Source: Elusimicrobiota bacterium
GTDB taxonomy: Bacteria > Elusimicrobiota > Elusimicrobia > UBA1565
DNA length: 24,440 nt
Assembly (NCBI GenBank): GCA_043819795.1
Contig: JBDREN010000007.1
Location: 1 to 24,440 of the forward strand
Reading direction: 5' to 3'
Part shown: one piece after another, positions 24,345 to 24,440 of the stretch
How the letters are laid out: every line of letters begins with the position of its first letter
How positions within the stretch are numbered: the first letter of the stretch is position 1
The notes under the pieces: generated by a model
The model's input: the letters and a program-made list of their open reading frames with translations, nothing else
Databases searched by the model: none
Told to the model about the DNA's origin: nothing
Program-made: the position numbers and the translations under genes

Positions 24345-24440
24345 ATGAACGAGAGCGAATCGGCGTTGTGCGAGACCCGGACGGGATGTCTTCCCCCCGC
24401 GCCCAGCCTGTTGGTCATCGACGACGAGCGGGGGATCCGC
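24345..24440 (+). CDS. 5' part of another REC-domain protein (runs off window; not in ORF track)
   Basis: Translates as MNESESALCETRTGCLPPAPSLLVIDDERGIR, with the REC beta1-DD motif. Confidence 0.75.
   Translation, partial: MNESESALCETRTGCLPPAPSLLVIDDERGIR

Overview
GC-rich bacterial window that is almost entirely a two-component signalling island. It holds 7 histidine kinases and about 18 receiver (REC) domains, counting one truncated and one running off the right edge. These include two OmpR/PhoB-family regulators, an excisionase-like HTH-REC regulator, a NarL/LuxR regulator, a MEDS-PAS kinase and phytochrome-type kinases with an Rcp1-like regulator; there is also a truncated cheB. Only two non-signalling host genes are present, both predicted exported proteins (FlgO/CsgG-like and LPP20/FlgP-like). 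Three structures are not explained by the ORF track. (1) A recurring promoter architecture of four nTGAG half-sites at exact 11-bp spacing, then 10 bp, then a -10 hexamer (Pho-box-like); it is complete at five promoters and degenerate at two more, and precedes both exported genes. (2) A 746-bp transposase-less element (7037-7782) with 12-bp terminal inverted repeats, flanked by a 122-bp direct repeat and carrying a REP-hairpin-flanked DUF559 endonuclease; a second, inverted copy lies at 42-607. (3) Several deletion and duplication scars: a collapsed tandem cheB-kinase-rcp duplication and a head-on fusion of two convergent genes. All calls are from reading the sequence by eye; no database searches were run.
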